Shown: positions 38,744 to 47,923 of the stretch, one piece after another | How positions within the stretch are numbered: position 1 is the stretch's first letter | Layout of the letters: every line of letters begins with the position of its first letter | Source: an uncultured Alphaproteobacteria bacterium | Lineage (GTDB): Bacteria > Pseudomonadota > Alphaproteobacteria > Rs-D84 | Direction: 5' to 3' | Length of the DNA: 64,000 nucleotides | Assembly: GCA_944389535.1 (NCBI GenBank) | Contig: CALXMS010000003.1 | Span: 39,419 to 103,418, forward strand | The notes under the pieces: model-generated | Told to the model about the DNA's origin: nothing | Seen by the model: the letters and a program-made list of their open reading frames with translations, nothing else | Database searches by the model: none | Translations under genes and position numbers: made by a program

Positions 38744-39884
38744 CGTTCGTGGAAAATTCGTTTTATTACGAGATGATTTCAACGTTCAAATAGTTGACGG
38801 CGTTATTACAGACACGTTCAGAATAGAACAAAGCATGCCAACGATAAATGCTTTACGTGCCGGTGGTGCTCGCATAGCAATATGTGCCCACTTGGGTCGC
38901 CCCAAAGGTACGAAAAACATGGAATATTCAATGACCCCTGTTGCAAAATATATGAATATTCCGCTAATTCCTGATTGCCTTGATAAAGAATTTATGAAAA
39001 ATATGAAGGACGGAGATGTGGTACTGTTAGAAAACGTACGCTTTTATCCAGGCGAAGAATCAAACGACCCGAACTTTTCCCAGAAACTAGCCGAAGGTTT
39101 TGATATATTCATAAACGATGCATTTGCAGTTTCTCATCGCGCTCATGCAAGTACTGTGGGGGTTGCAGAGATTCTGCCATCGTATGCCGGAAAATTATTA
39201 GCTTCTGAGATAGAACATTTATCTGCTGTAATGGAAAACCCGAAAAGACCTTTATTATCAATAGTCGCTGGCAGTAAGGTTTCAACAAAAATTGGCGTAT
39301 TAAAAGCACTGGCTAAATTATCGGATAAACTGATTATTGGCGGCGCGCTTGGCACAACATTTAACTATGCATTGGGCGGGAAAGTCGGAAACTCTTTATA
39401 TGAAGCAGATCAAAAAGATACAGCACTAAAGATTTTAGAATATGCCAAACGAAACAACTGTGAAGTATTATTACCGCTGGATAAAGGTGTTGCAAAAGAA
39501 TTCACTAAAGATGCGAAACGCGTTAATAAAAACTTTACAGAAATAGAAGACGATGACGTCATAATTGATGCGGGTATAGCCACAACGGAACGAGACACAG
39601 CAGCGATTCGCAACGCAGCAACGGTAATCTGGAACGGCACCGTCGGTATGGCAGAATGGCAACCAACTTGGTCATACGGTTCTTTTGCGATTGCCAAAAC
39701 AATAGCCGAACAAACGCGTGCCGGTAAATTAGAAAGCATTGTTGGGGGCGGTGACACTGTTGCAGCACTAACCGCATGCGGTGTAAAAGATGATATAACA
39801 TACGTATCAACTGGTGGGGGGGCCTTCTTAGAATTTATAGAAGGTCGCAAATTACCTGGTATTATGATATTAGAAAACAAATAA
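38715..39884 (+). CDS. pgk: Phosphoglycerate kinase
   Basis: The N-terminus reads GKFVLLRDDFNVQ. The protein is 389 aa and shares blocks with PGK. The SD AAGGA lies upstream. It overlaps the rnhB 3' end by 29 nt. Confidence 0.9.
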   Translation: MKLRTIENIDVRGKFVLLRDDFNVQIVDGVITDTFRIEQSMPTINALRAGGARIAICAHLGRPKGTKNMEYSMTPVAKYMNIPLIPDCLDKEFMKNMKDGDVVLLENVRFYPGEESNDPNFSQKLAEGFDIFINDAFAVSHRAHASTVGVAEILPSYAGKLLASEIEHLSAVMENPKRPLLSIVAGSKVSTKIGVLKALAKLSDKLIIGGALGTTFNYALGGKVGNSLYEADQKDTALKILEYAKRNNCEVLLPLDKGVAKEFTKDAKRVNKNFTEIEDDDVIIDAGIATTERDTAAIRNAATVIWNGTVGMAEWQPTWSYGSFAIAKTIAEQTRAGKLESIVGGGDTVAALTACGVKDDITYVSTGGGAFLEFIEGRKLPGIMILENK

Positions 39885-39912
39885 AAAATCCCGCATATGC
39901 GGGATTTTTATT
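39884..39912 (+). terminator. Rho-independent bidirectional terminator between pgk and the dsbA-like gene
   Basis: A perfect palindrome, tcccgcat/atgcggga, is flanked by an A-run and a T-run. Confidence 0.7.
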
Positions 39913-39927
39913 TGTACTTCAACTTAA

Positions 39928-40755
39928 TTATTCATCCAAAGCAGCTTCAATTTGTTCTGCAGGAATTGCACCAGGGAACGCTTGTTCACCGATGATCAAG
40001 AATGGCGTACCGCTTATTTCAAAACGCTGTGCCAAATCACGAACGTTTCTCATTTCACGTGCAACAACTTCACCATTCATGTCTTCTTTCAATTTTGCTG
40101 TATCTAATCCAGCTTCTGCAGCCATTTTCATTACATTTGCTTCAATCTTTTCAGCTATTGTAGACTGATCTTCTAAGTCTTCTTGACTATAGAAATCACG
40201 AGTCATTAACATGTTGGTCAATTGAGCAGCTTTTTCTGGATCCTGTAACTTTGCAGCAATAACTGCTTTCGCAGGACCATCAGACAATGGACCATGTATA
40301 GAGAAGTTCTTAATTACTACACGGGTATCATCACGATCTGCTAATACACGTTCAATTTCACCGTGTACACGACGACAATATGGGCAAGAGAAATCAGTCC
40401 ACACATAAATTGTCTTTTTACCTTCACGATTACCCAAAACTGGAGCATCACGCATCATCTGTTCGCCTTCAGAACGAACGAACTTACGAATTTGTTTATT
40501 TTTTTCTGCCTGCTGCTGTTCTTGCATGCGGTTAACCATTTCCTGTATAATTGCTGGATTTACAGCCGTCAGATAAAACGGTGTATACAAACGACACATA
40601 CTGCCAGAAATCAAAATGATAGATATTAATGTTATGCATTTTTTAGCAATGATTTTACTAGCAGATGGTTTTTTCTCATCCCCTTTCGGCAGCAACATAC
40701 CACCAAACAAGAATAAAAGAATACCGACTACTAGAACTAATATTGTCCAAGTCAT
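39928..40755 (-). CDS. Membrane-anchored DsbA-like thiol:disulfide oxidoreductase (thioredoxin fold)
   Basis: There are N-terminal TM segments. The thioredoxin-fold CPYC active site sits in WTDFSCPYCRRVHGE. The C-terminus reads SGTPFLIIGEQAFPGAIPAEQI, like DsbA. Confidence 0.75.
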   Translation of the reverse strand: MTWTILVLVVGILLFLFGGMLLPKGDEKKPSASKIIAKKCITLISIILISGSMCRLYTPFYLTAVNPAIIQEMVNRMQEQQQAEKNKQIRKFVRSEGEQMMRDAPVLGNREGKKTIYVWTDFSCPYCRRVHGEIERVLADRDDTRVVIKNFSIHGPLSDGPAKAVIAAKLQDPEKAAQLTNMLMTRDFYSQEDLEDQSTIAEKIEANVMKMAAEAGLDTAKLKEDMNGEVVAREMRNVRDLAQRFEISGTPFLIIGEQAFPGAIPAEQIEAALDE

Positions 40756-40849
40756 ATTTTTTCTCCTTTATCTGTTGAACGAAAATAGAATAACCAAAAA
40801 AAATCGTATTCGCAAGAAATAATTCAACTAAAAATCATAAAAATTACTT

Positions 40850-41497
40850 TCACGCTAACCTTACCCTAACCATAGGCAAATCAATGCCTTGGACCGAACA
40901 GGCACGATCAAGAAAAGCACGCGTTATATTCAAATTTAAAGGCAATTTATACAACCTATCAATATACGGCAACGCACAACTTGAACATACGGCTCTACCA
41001 GTTTTTGGTGAAAGATACGTTAAATTACTGCCGGTGCCGCAACCAGAACACACATTTAAATTTAAGGCATACCCAAGTTCTCTTAACAAAGAAATCTCCC
41101 ACTGTAAATAAAGATTGTCAGGGTCACCTGCGTTTAAATTCTGTAATAAATTTATAGTATCTTCATATAGTTTTTCATATTTTTCTCTTTCTGGCAGCAG
41201 AGATGATATTAATGCAAACGAACAGTTCATATATTCTAATGGTTTTCGCGTCTGCATTAAATATGCCGCCAAGTTTTTTTCTGATTCCCAATGAAAAACT
41301 CCTAACTGAGATTCTAGACGCGCGTTCCAAGAAACTTTACCTACCTGCCCTATAAGAGGTTTGTTCTTTCTTGCCGTCTGTCCACCGCGCAGCACCCCAC
41401 ACAAAACCCCAAAATCATAGGTAAAAAATCGCGCAATAAAATCACGTTCACCTAATGGTCGTAAATCTATTAAAATTCCGACAGATTCTAAATTCAT
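40850..41497 (-). CDS. recO: DNA repair protein RecO
   Basis: An N-terminal OB-fold is followed by a C4 zinc motif, CSGCG...CSSC. The length is 215 aa. Confidence 0.8.
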   Translation of the reverse strand: MNLESVGILIDLRPLGERDFIARFFTYDFGVLCGVLRGGQTARKNKPLIGQVGKVSWNARLESQLGVFHWESEKNLAAYLMQTRKPLEYMNCSFALISSLLPEREKYEKLYEDTINLLQNLNAGDPDNLYLQWEISLLRELGYALNLNVCSGCGTGSNLTYLSPKTGRAVCSSCALPYIDRLYKLPLNLNITRAFLDRACSVQGIDLPMVRVRLA

Positions 41498-41561
41498 TGT
41501 TTAATAATTATATATAATTTCATAAGAAACCCAAATTAAAAACGCCCAAATGGGCGTTTTT

Positions 41562-42155
41562 TTATTTCGCTTCTTCTGAGTTTTCTTCTTTCTTTTCTTC
41601 AGGTTTTTCTTCATTCGCATCAGAAGCTTTTTCCTCAACAGATTCTTCTTCAAGCTTTTTCGTTCCGAAAGTCAAGACTTTACCTGCAACCAAAGCCTCT
41701 ATTTCATCCTGAGTCTGCGCAACATATATTTTTACAGGCACAATAACATCTGGATGTAAAGCAATCTGAGTATCAAATACACCTACTGATTTAATAGGTG
41801 CACCCAACAAGACCTGTGCAGATTCAACTGAAACGTTTGCAACTTCTTTAAGCATACGTGCAATATCACGCGTTGAAACAGAACCATACAACTGCCCAGT
41901 ATCACCAGCTTGACGTATCATATACAGTTTGGCGTTCTTAACTGCGTCAACGTTTGATTCAGCAGCCTTTTTAGCGGCATCCTGACGAGCCTGCAATTCT
42001 GCTTTTTTCGCTTCAAACAAAGCAACGTTTTCACGAGACCAGCGCATAGCCTTACCAGTCGGCAATAAATAATTGCGCGCGAACCCAGTTTTTACTTCAA
42101 CCGTGTCACCTATGTTACCCAGTTTAGTGATCTTTTCTGTTAAAATAACCTTCAT
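41562..42155 (-). CDS. rplI: 50S ribosomal protein L9 with an acidic C-terminal extension
   Basis: MKVILTEKITKLGNIGDTVEVKTGFARNYLLP matches the L9 N-terminus. It follows the rpsF-rpsR operon order. Confidence 0.92.
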   Translation of the reverse strand: MKVILTEKITKLGNIGDTVEVKTGFARNYLLPTGKAMRWSRENVALFEAKKAELQARQDAAKKAAESNVDAVKNAKLYMIRQAGDTGQLYGSVSTRDIARMLKEVANVSVESAQVLLGAPIKSVGVFDTQIALHPDVIVPVKIYVAQTQDEIEALVAGKVLTFGTKKLEEESVEEKASDANEEKPEEKKEENSEEAK

Positions 42156-42203
42156 CTTATCTGTCCTTTATTTCAAGTTAGGGATAAACCCAAATATTTG
42201 TTA

Positions 42204-42431
42204 TTAACCCAAATTATTACGAACGAACGGCATTAATCCTAAATGACGCGCACGTTTAATCGCAGTAGCCAAAGCGCGCTGATCTTTCTGAGAAACACCG
42301 CTTATACGACTTGGCACTATTTTACCACGTTCCGTAATATAATGAGATAATGTTTTTACATCTTTATAGTCTATGACCTTACCTTTTAACGGGTTAGACT
42401 TTTTACGATAAATTGCTGCACGAACTGCCAT
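42204..42431 (-). CDS. rpsR: 30S ribosomal protein S18
   Basis: It carries [50 protein letters not shown]. Confidence 0.92.
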   Translation of the reverse strand: MAVRAAIYRKKSNPLKGKVIDYKDVKTLSHYITERGKIVPSRISGVSQKDQRALATAIKRARHLGLMPFVRNNLG

Positions 42432-42769
42432 TATTCTACCTCTTCATTATTTTTTTTCATCATGATTGACGGTGTTGTTGACAACGCAGCAACACGAACG
42501 TTTAAAAAGCGAATGACATCTTCGTCAATACGTGCACGACGTTCTAATTCCGCGATTTTGTCACCGGCAAGTTCTACGTTAAACATAACATAATGAGCCT
42601 TGCGGTTTTTACGAATGACATATGCTAAGTTTTTTAAACCCCAGAATTCTGTGGACTTAACATCACCACCCAATTCTTTAATAACATCTGTGTATTTTGC
42701 CGCTTTTTCTTTAACCTGCGGTTCGGTCAGGTCCTGGCGGAAAACCAAGACGCTTTCATAATAAGCCAT
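42431..42769 (-). CDS. rpsF: 30S ribosomal protein S6
   Basis: It carries [37 protein letters not shown]...[10 protein letters not shown]. Its stop codon overlaps the rpsR start by 1 nt. Confidence 0.92.
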   Translation of the reverse strand: MAYYESVLVFRQDLTEPQVKEKAAKYTDVIKELGGDVKSTEFWGLKNLAYVIRKNRKAHYVMFNVELAGDKIAELERRARIDEDVIRFLNVRVAALSTTPSIMMKKNNEEVE

Positions 42770-42906
42770 TTTATTTCCTTTGGTTTATGCAGCCAACAGC
42801 ACCATTACTGTCAGCAGGAACAGCACACATTATGGCGATTTTTTTAATAAAATCAAGCATTTTATACTTTATCGCTTTTTTAAAACATCTTATTAATAAT
42901 CTTTTG

Positions 42907-42936
42907 TTGACTTAAAACCTTAAAGTTTACTATCAT
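42907..42936 (+). promoter_or_regulatory. Candidate sigma70 promoter for the motA/motB-like operon
   Basis: TTGACT lies at 42907-42912, then an 18-nt spacer, then TATCAT at 42931-42936. The position is about 28 nt upstream of the ATG at 42964. Confidence 0.3.
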
Positions 42937-42963
42937 CTTAATAGTACAGAAGAGAGATCATAA

Positions 42964-43740
42964 ATGACAAATAATTTTCATCGCGCTTTAAATAGAATGG
43001 CGTTATTTACTGCTTTTTTAATTGCGGGTTTAATTTTGTTTTATGATACATTCTTACAAGTCGCCGCTGCCAATGTGTTATTAAACGGCATTATTATCGG
43101 TACGACTATTTTCGGAATAGGTTTATGTTTCGTAGAAATGTTTCGTTTATTACCTGAATATAAATGGGCAAAAGCATATTTTTCTGGCCGTAAAAACGCG
43201 CCCCTACCCCCCAGGTTATTAAGGCCTGTTGCTTTAATATTACGCGCCCGTCCTTTACGTATATCCGCAACCACGTTAAACGGCATGTTAGACATAATTT
43301 TGCTTAGGTTTGAAGATTCCAGAGAATCAATACGTTATATAACTAACACATTAATATTTTTGGGTTTATTGGGTACTTTTTGGGGATTAATTATAACGGT
43401 TGGTGGTTTTGCGAATCTTATAAGCAACCTTAACTTTGCCGACGAATCAGTTCTGACTACAATGCAAAACGGTTTAACTCGCCCACTATCTGGCATGGCA
43501 ACTGCTTTTACAAGTTCTTTAATGGGATTGGCGGGTAGTCTTACCATCGGGTTCTTAGGTTTACAAGTCCAATTGGCGCAAAATGGTATATTTAGGGAAT
43601 TGGAAGATTATCTATCGGCACATACAAGCGTCGCGACGACTGACACAGTAACGACTATTTTACCGCAAATAAATGAAACGACGAACGAATTAAATAAAAA
43701 CGTAAAAGAATTAAAACAAACATTTTCGGAAATTGCCTGA
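42964..43740 (+). CDS. MotA/TolQ/ExbB-family proton-channel protein
   Basis: Four predicted TM helices are present. The family signature reads LIFLGLLGTFWGLIITV, and the C-terminal helix reads AFTSSLMGLAGSLTIG. It is followed directly by a MotB-like gene. Confidence 0.7.
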   Translation: MTNNFHRALNRMALFTAFLIAGLILFYDTFLQVAAANVLLNGIIIGTTIFGIGLCFVEMFRLLPEYKWAKAYFSGRKNAPLPPRLLRPVALILRARPLRISATTLNGMLDIILLRFEDSRESIRYITNTLIFLGLLGTFWGLIITVGGFANLISNLNFADESVLTTMQNGLTRPLSGMATAFTSSLMGLAGSLTIGFLGLQVQLAQNGIFRELEDYLSAHTSVATTDTVTTILPQINETTNELNKNVKELKQTFSEIA

Positions 43741-43770
43741 TAACAATAAAAATCAAGCGAGAGGGAAAAA

Positions 43771-44841
43771 ATGCTAAACATAAGATTTCGTGAAAAGACA
43801 AATACTTGGCCGGCTTTTGTAGACTTGTTCTCAAATCTGGTAATTATATTAATCTTTTTGTTAATCGTATTCGTGTTCTTATGGACTACGACCAGCGTAT
43901 TTAATAAAGATACGGGTGCAAAGACTGTCGCCGATTTGAAACGCACAAATGAAGAACAGGCTCAACGAATCGTACAAATGAGTGCCGACGAAGAAGAAGC
44001 AAAACGTTTGCTGGTCTTAGCACGTGCAGAGCTAGAAAATCTGACGGCAAATAATAACGAATTAAACAACGAGCTGTCACAAATCGACGCCAGTATGGAA
44101 GAGCTAATCGCAGATTATGAAGCAAAGGTTGCAGAATTAACGAATCAACTAAACCAAGCGACATTAGATAAACAGCGTACGGCTGAACTGGAGCAAGAAA
44201 GACGTACTTTACAACAGCAAATGACCGAACAACGTGCATCTTTAGCAGAGCAATTAAGTAAATTACAAGCAGCTTTAGATGCGGCCGAAGAAGAAGCGAA
44301 TCAGAAAGAAATTCAATATGTAGAAATGTCTACACGCTTAAATAAAGCATTAGCCGATAAAGTAGCAGAATTAAATGACGTTGCCAGATATCAATCAGCG
44401 TTTTATAAAGCAATCAAAGACGCTCTTGGAGATGATAACTTTATCAAAACAGAAGGTGATCGTTTCATAATATCAAGCGATATTTTATTTGGCAGCGGAT
44501 CTTATACTTTATCTGAAGAAGGGAAAAATCAATTACGGTTAATCGCAAACGTAATAAAAGATCTAGAAAACAAAATTCCGACAAACGTAGATTGGATAAT
44601 TCGCGTTGACGGTCATACCGATAAAAAGCAGGTTGTTCCGGGTACTCGCGGTTATTCAAATAATATGGAATTATCTTTATTACGCGCCAATTCTGTTGCG
44701 ACAGAATTGGCAAAAGACGGTGTATCCCGTCGTCGCTTAATACCAAGTGGTTTCGGGGACTTACACCCTGTTTCATTAGGTACAGACGCCCAAAGCTTGC
44801 AACAAAATCGTCGCATAGAGCTTCAACTGACCAACAGATAA
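43771..44841 (+). CDS. MotB-like protein with an N-terminal TM or plug carrying a conserved Asp, a long coiled-coil linker and a C-terminal OmpA-like peptidoglycan-binding domain
   Basis: The MotB TM with Asp reads WPAFVDLFSNLVIILIFLL. A ~180-aa Q/E/A/L-rich coiled coil follows. The OmpA-like domain reads ILFGSGSYTLSEEGKNQL...LSLLRANSVATELAKDGV...NRRIELQL. Confidence 0.7.
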   Translation: MLNIRFREKTNTWPAFVDLFSNLVIILIFLLIVFVFLWTTTSVFNKDTGAKTVADLKRTNEEQAQRIVQMSADEEEAKRLLVLARAELENLTANNNELNNELSQIDASMEELIADYEAKVAELTNQLNQATLDKQRTAELEQERRTLQQQMTEQRASLAEQLSKLQAALDAAEEEANQKEIQYVEMSTRLNKALADKVAELNDVARYQSAFYKAIKDALGDDNFIKTEGDRFIISSDILFGSGSYTLSEEGKNQLRLIANVIKDLENKIPTNVDWIIRVDGHTDKKQVVPGTRGYSNNMELSLLRANSVATELAKDGVSRRRLIPSGFGDLHPVSLGTDAQSLQQNRRIELQLTNR

Positions 44842-44870
44842 AAAACGCGCTGATAAGCGCGTTTTTTTTA
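44842..44870 (+). terminator. Rho-independent bidirectional terminator after the motB-like gene, facing the BOF gene
   Basis: The stem aacgcgc/gcgcgtt has a tgataa loop. An A-run and a T-run flank it. Confidence 0.65.
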
Positions 44871-44887
44871 CATCGAATAGATTAAAC

Positions 44888-45259
44888 TTACATTTTTTCA
44901 ACGTAATCTACATCTATTTCCGTTTTAAATAACCCTGCATCAACTTCACCGTACAATTTCACTGTATCTGATGGGCTAACGGTTTGACCACGCCAATCTT
45001 CATTATCAATTTCAACAGTGATAGAACCTGTCTTATCTTCAAATAAATACTTTTCTCCGCCCATACGTTGAACAATGTTTCCTTGAACAATAACAGGTAC
45101 GTCGTCACGCATTTCTTTTACCTGTTTTATAGTAACAATATTTTCTGTACTGCCGACGAATCCACCGCCCATATTGTTTTGATTGGCAGGTTGAAAACCA
45201 GCAAATGCACCACCAGACATCAAAATAGCTGCCATTGCAATAACATAAATTTTTTTCAT
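44888..45259 (-). CDS. YgiW/YdeI (BOF, bacterial OB-fold) family periplasmic stress protein
   Basis: The protein is 123 aa with a signal peptide. It carries TIKQVKEMRDDVPVIVQGNIVQRMGGEKYLFEDKTGSITVEIDNEDW...VKLYGEVD...TEIDVDYVEK, which matches the BOF family pattern. Confidence 0.75.
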   Translation of the reverse strand: MKKIYVIAMAAILMSGGAFAGFQPANQNNMGGGFVGSTENIVTIKQVKEMRDDVPVIVQGNIVQRMGGEKYLFEDKTGSITVEIDNEDWRGQTVSPSDTVKLYGEVDAGLFKTEIDVDYVEKM

Positions 45260-45367
45260 ATATTTTACCCCCTTTGTTTGTTTATATAAATAATAATATC
45301 ATATTTATTCTAATAAATGTCTAGGAATTTATTATTCAAATTAAAAGCCCGTTTAAACGGACTTGCG

Positions 45368-47881
45368 TTACATAACTATATCTTCACAGACCTCTTCTGA
45401 CACGTTAGTCGTACAACTAGTATTGCGATTATTATGAAACCAGCTACTGCTGCCTGTTGTTTTGCAATCTTGAGATGTGGTTTGTGTACAAATATGACAA
45501 GTTCTTGTATCACGACTAAATATTGCTCTAACGGTTTTCGTCATACCGGCATTATCCATACTAGAACCGCCAAGGTAACCACTGTTTGTAAATGTAACAC
45601 CATCTGTTTGCAATACACCTGCCCCACCCTTAGCCAAGTCTTCCGTTGTCAAACCAGAACCAACGTCATAACTAATTGCGTATGGTGGTGTTAACGGCGT
45701 AGACGCAGTAATAGCCCCACCACCAGCGCCACCGTTTTCGGCAATTTTCTGACACATATATTGCGCCAAATCTGTAGAAGCATTCTTTGTTGCTTCAGCA
45801 ATTTCATAATTAAGCTTCGTATTATAGTTATCCTGAGCTTTACGCAACGCAGCCACTGCTATTTGCATTTTTACCTGATTTAATAAATTCGGGAAGCGAC
45901 CAACAGTCGATGCATTTGCCTCACCTGTAATTTGCTCCAAACTGCGCCCACTTACACAATATTGAATTTCAGGGTCGCTTTCTATCATTTCTATTGTGCG
46001 ATTTATTGTACCAGCAATATTATTCAGCTCTTCTTCTATAGAAGAAATTATACCGTCATAATTAGCAACACCTACGTTATTTTCTTTTACTTTCGCAAGG
46101 TATTCTTCAATGCCTATTTCACCCGGTTCCAAAGTAACCGTGTTACCGCTGCCGTCTTCCATTTTAGTCTGACCGCTGGCATCTCCCATCTTGATACTAC
46201 CGAAAGATATCATACCCGTAACGCGATATGTTGTACCATCTTTCTGAGAACGTAAAGACCCCGTACCGATCGTATCATCAGCTGCGAATCTATTACAATC
46301 TGTGGTACTGCCGCAAACCTCTGCCATCTTTTTATCAACGATATTCTGGCACTGTTCCATCATTGCATTATCAATATTCAGATATAATCCCATCAACATA
46401 CTATCTAAATCGTCCATGGAAAAATTAGGGTTATTTGCTTTACATACAACCAAACTATCAATCGGACATATGTCATGAATATAGTTATAATCCATCCCTA
46501 TACAATTTTCAAAGTTAGGACCACAACGAGTATCTGCAGTAAAGCAATCTTTTACTTCTTGGGTACACGCATCAACGCGCATTGCCGCAAGCTTATCTTC
46601 AACGTACCCCCAAATTAAAGGTTCCATTCTTTCACAAGGGTCTATTTCTACCTTACAAAAACTACGCGCCATTTCAGGTCTAGATAAGCAAGCATCCATC
46701 GTTGCAACGCCTTTACCCGCAATATCGTCACGACACGCAGTCTGAATACAGTCAGAAATCGTCGTTAAACAAGATTGACGGAACTTAGATTCTGCCTGTA
46801 TTTCTGCAACCTTTATTGTTGGTGCCGCCTCACGCAGAAAGTTCGGCCAGACCAAATCACGTACAGCAACACACTGATCTAAAACATTTTCACATATTGG
46901 ACGCTTTGTATTTAATATGTTCATCGTAGACGTAGTAATGTCATAAGTATCAACAGTTTCAACTGTCGTCCCGGCAGTACTTGTTGCGGTGTTATTCTGC
47001 ATATTTTCCATCGCAATTGTCGCAACGCAATTTTCCCAATCCTCGCCACAGGCATCATCGGTCTGCATACACTTCTTAAATTCTACCATGCACTGTCCAA
47101 GGTCATACTTATTTGCACTTTCAAAACTTTCTTGTAACGCTGCACGTACTTCAGATTCTGCTGCGGCAAGTTCGTTTTCAGCATTATCACGCTGTTGAGA
47201 TAAAGAATTTTTATACCCCAAACAATCTGATGTTATCTGACGAGAATAAAGCTGCTGTAAAAATACAATATCTCCAGAACAAGATTCTGGAACCTGATTC
47301 AAACATAAATTATTAGCCGCGTTATACAATTCGCTGCCGATCATATCTGCCATATCCGCCACAGTACTTTGTAACTCTGCTGAATCATCTTCATAAATAC
47401 TGTTATTATTAAATATTGCCAATAAGTCTGCACGCTTTTGAGCTTTCTGCTTTTCTTCTGTTAACTGCCCCGATGCCAAAATATTACCATCAGCGTCATA
47501 TTGACGAGTACCAGTAAAAACTATATCTGCATTAGCGCCAGCTTTAACACGCTCAACCTCTTCTGTACGAAGACGATTCGCTTCGTCCAGTATAGACTGA
47601 ATAGACGCCATTTCTTGATTATATTCTATTATATTATCACTGCATGTGCATGCACCACCGCTGGCATTATCAGTAATACAAAACTGATCCATGCAACCAA
47701 AATACGCATCGTAACACGCCTGATCATATAAACCAGTTGCTTCAATTTTTGTTCTTACTGTCGTTCCCTGTTGAATCGCGGATTGACGAGAATTCTTACT
47801 GGTAGTAAGAGCATAAGAGTTTGTAACAACCCCAACCACCAAATAAGTAAATAACGAAACAAACATAATTTTATTTCTCAT
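45368..47881 (-). CDS. Large secreted cysteine-rich protein, member 2 of the paralogous family
   Basis: The signal peptide is MRNKIMFVSLFTYLVVGVVTNSYA. The SD GGGGGA lies 8 nt upstream, and the ORF is open to 47899. The family signature reads CYDAYFGCMDQFCITDNASGGACTCSDN. It shares CENVLDQCVAVRD and CGxxFENC blocks with member 3. The C-terminus reads ...VCEDIVM. Confidence 0.8.
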   Translation of the reverse strand: MRNKIMFVSLFTYLVVGVVTNSYALTTSKNSRQSAIQQGTTVRTKIEATGLYDQACYDAYFGCMDQFCITDNASGGACTCSDNIIEYNQEMASIQSILDEANRLRTEEVERVKAGANADIVFTGTRQYDADGNILASGQLTEEKQKAQKRADLLAIFNNNSIYEDDSAELQSTVADMADMIGSELYNAANNLCLNQVPESCSGDIVFLQQLYSRQITSDCLGYKNSLSQQRDNAENELAAAESEVRAALQESFESANKYDLGQCMVEFKKCMQTDDACGEDWENCVATIAMENMQNNTATSTAGTTVETVDTYDITTSTMNILNTKRPICENVLDQCVAVRDLVWPNFLREAAPTIKVAEIQAESKFRQSCLTTISDCIQTACRDDIAGKGVATMDACLSRPEMARSFCKVEIDPCERMEPLIWGYVEDKLAAMRVDACTQEVKDCFTADTRCGPNFENCIGMDYNYIHDICPIDSLVVCKANNPNFSMDDLDSMLMGLYLNIDNAMMEQCQNIVDKKMAEVCGSTTDCNRFAADDTIGTGSLRSQKDGTTYRVTGMISFGSIKMGDASGQTKMEDGSGNTVTLEPGEIGIEEYLAKVKENNVGVANYDGIISSIEEELNNIAGTINRTIEMIESDPEIQYCVSGRSLEQITGEANASTVGRFPNLLNQVKMQIAVAALRKAQDNYNTKLNYEIAEATKNASTDLAQYMCQKIAENGGAGGGAITASTPLTPPYAISYDVGSGLTTEDLAKGGAGVLQTDGVTFTNSGYLGGSSMDNAGMTKTVRAIFSRDTRTCHICTQTTSQDCKTTGSSSWFHNNRNTSCTTNVSEEVCEDIVM

Positions 47882-47923
47882 CACTTTATCCCCCGCCATG
47901 CCATAAAAGACGGCATATAAACC

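Noticed and set aside
42964-44841. Possibility that the MotA/MotB-like pair is a Zorya (ZorAB) anti-phage system
   Set aside because: ZorA proteins are long (about 700 aa with an extended cytoplasmic tail) and are accompanied by ZorC/D or ZorE. Here the MotA-like protein is 258 aa, and no Zor-like partners follow. The next item is a terminator.
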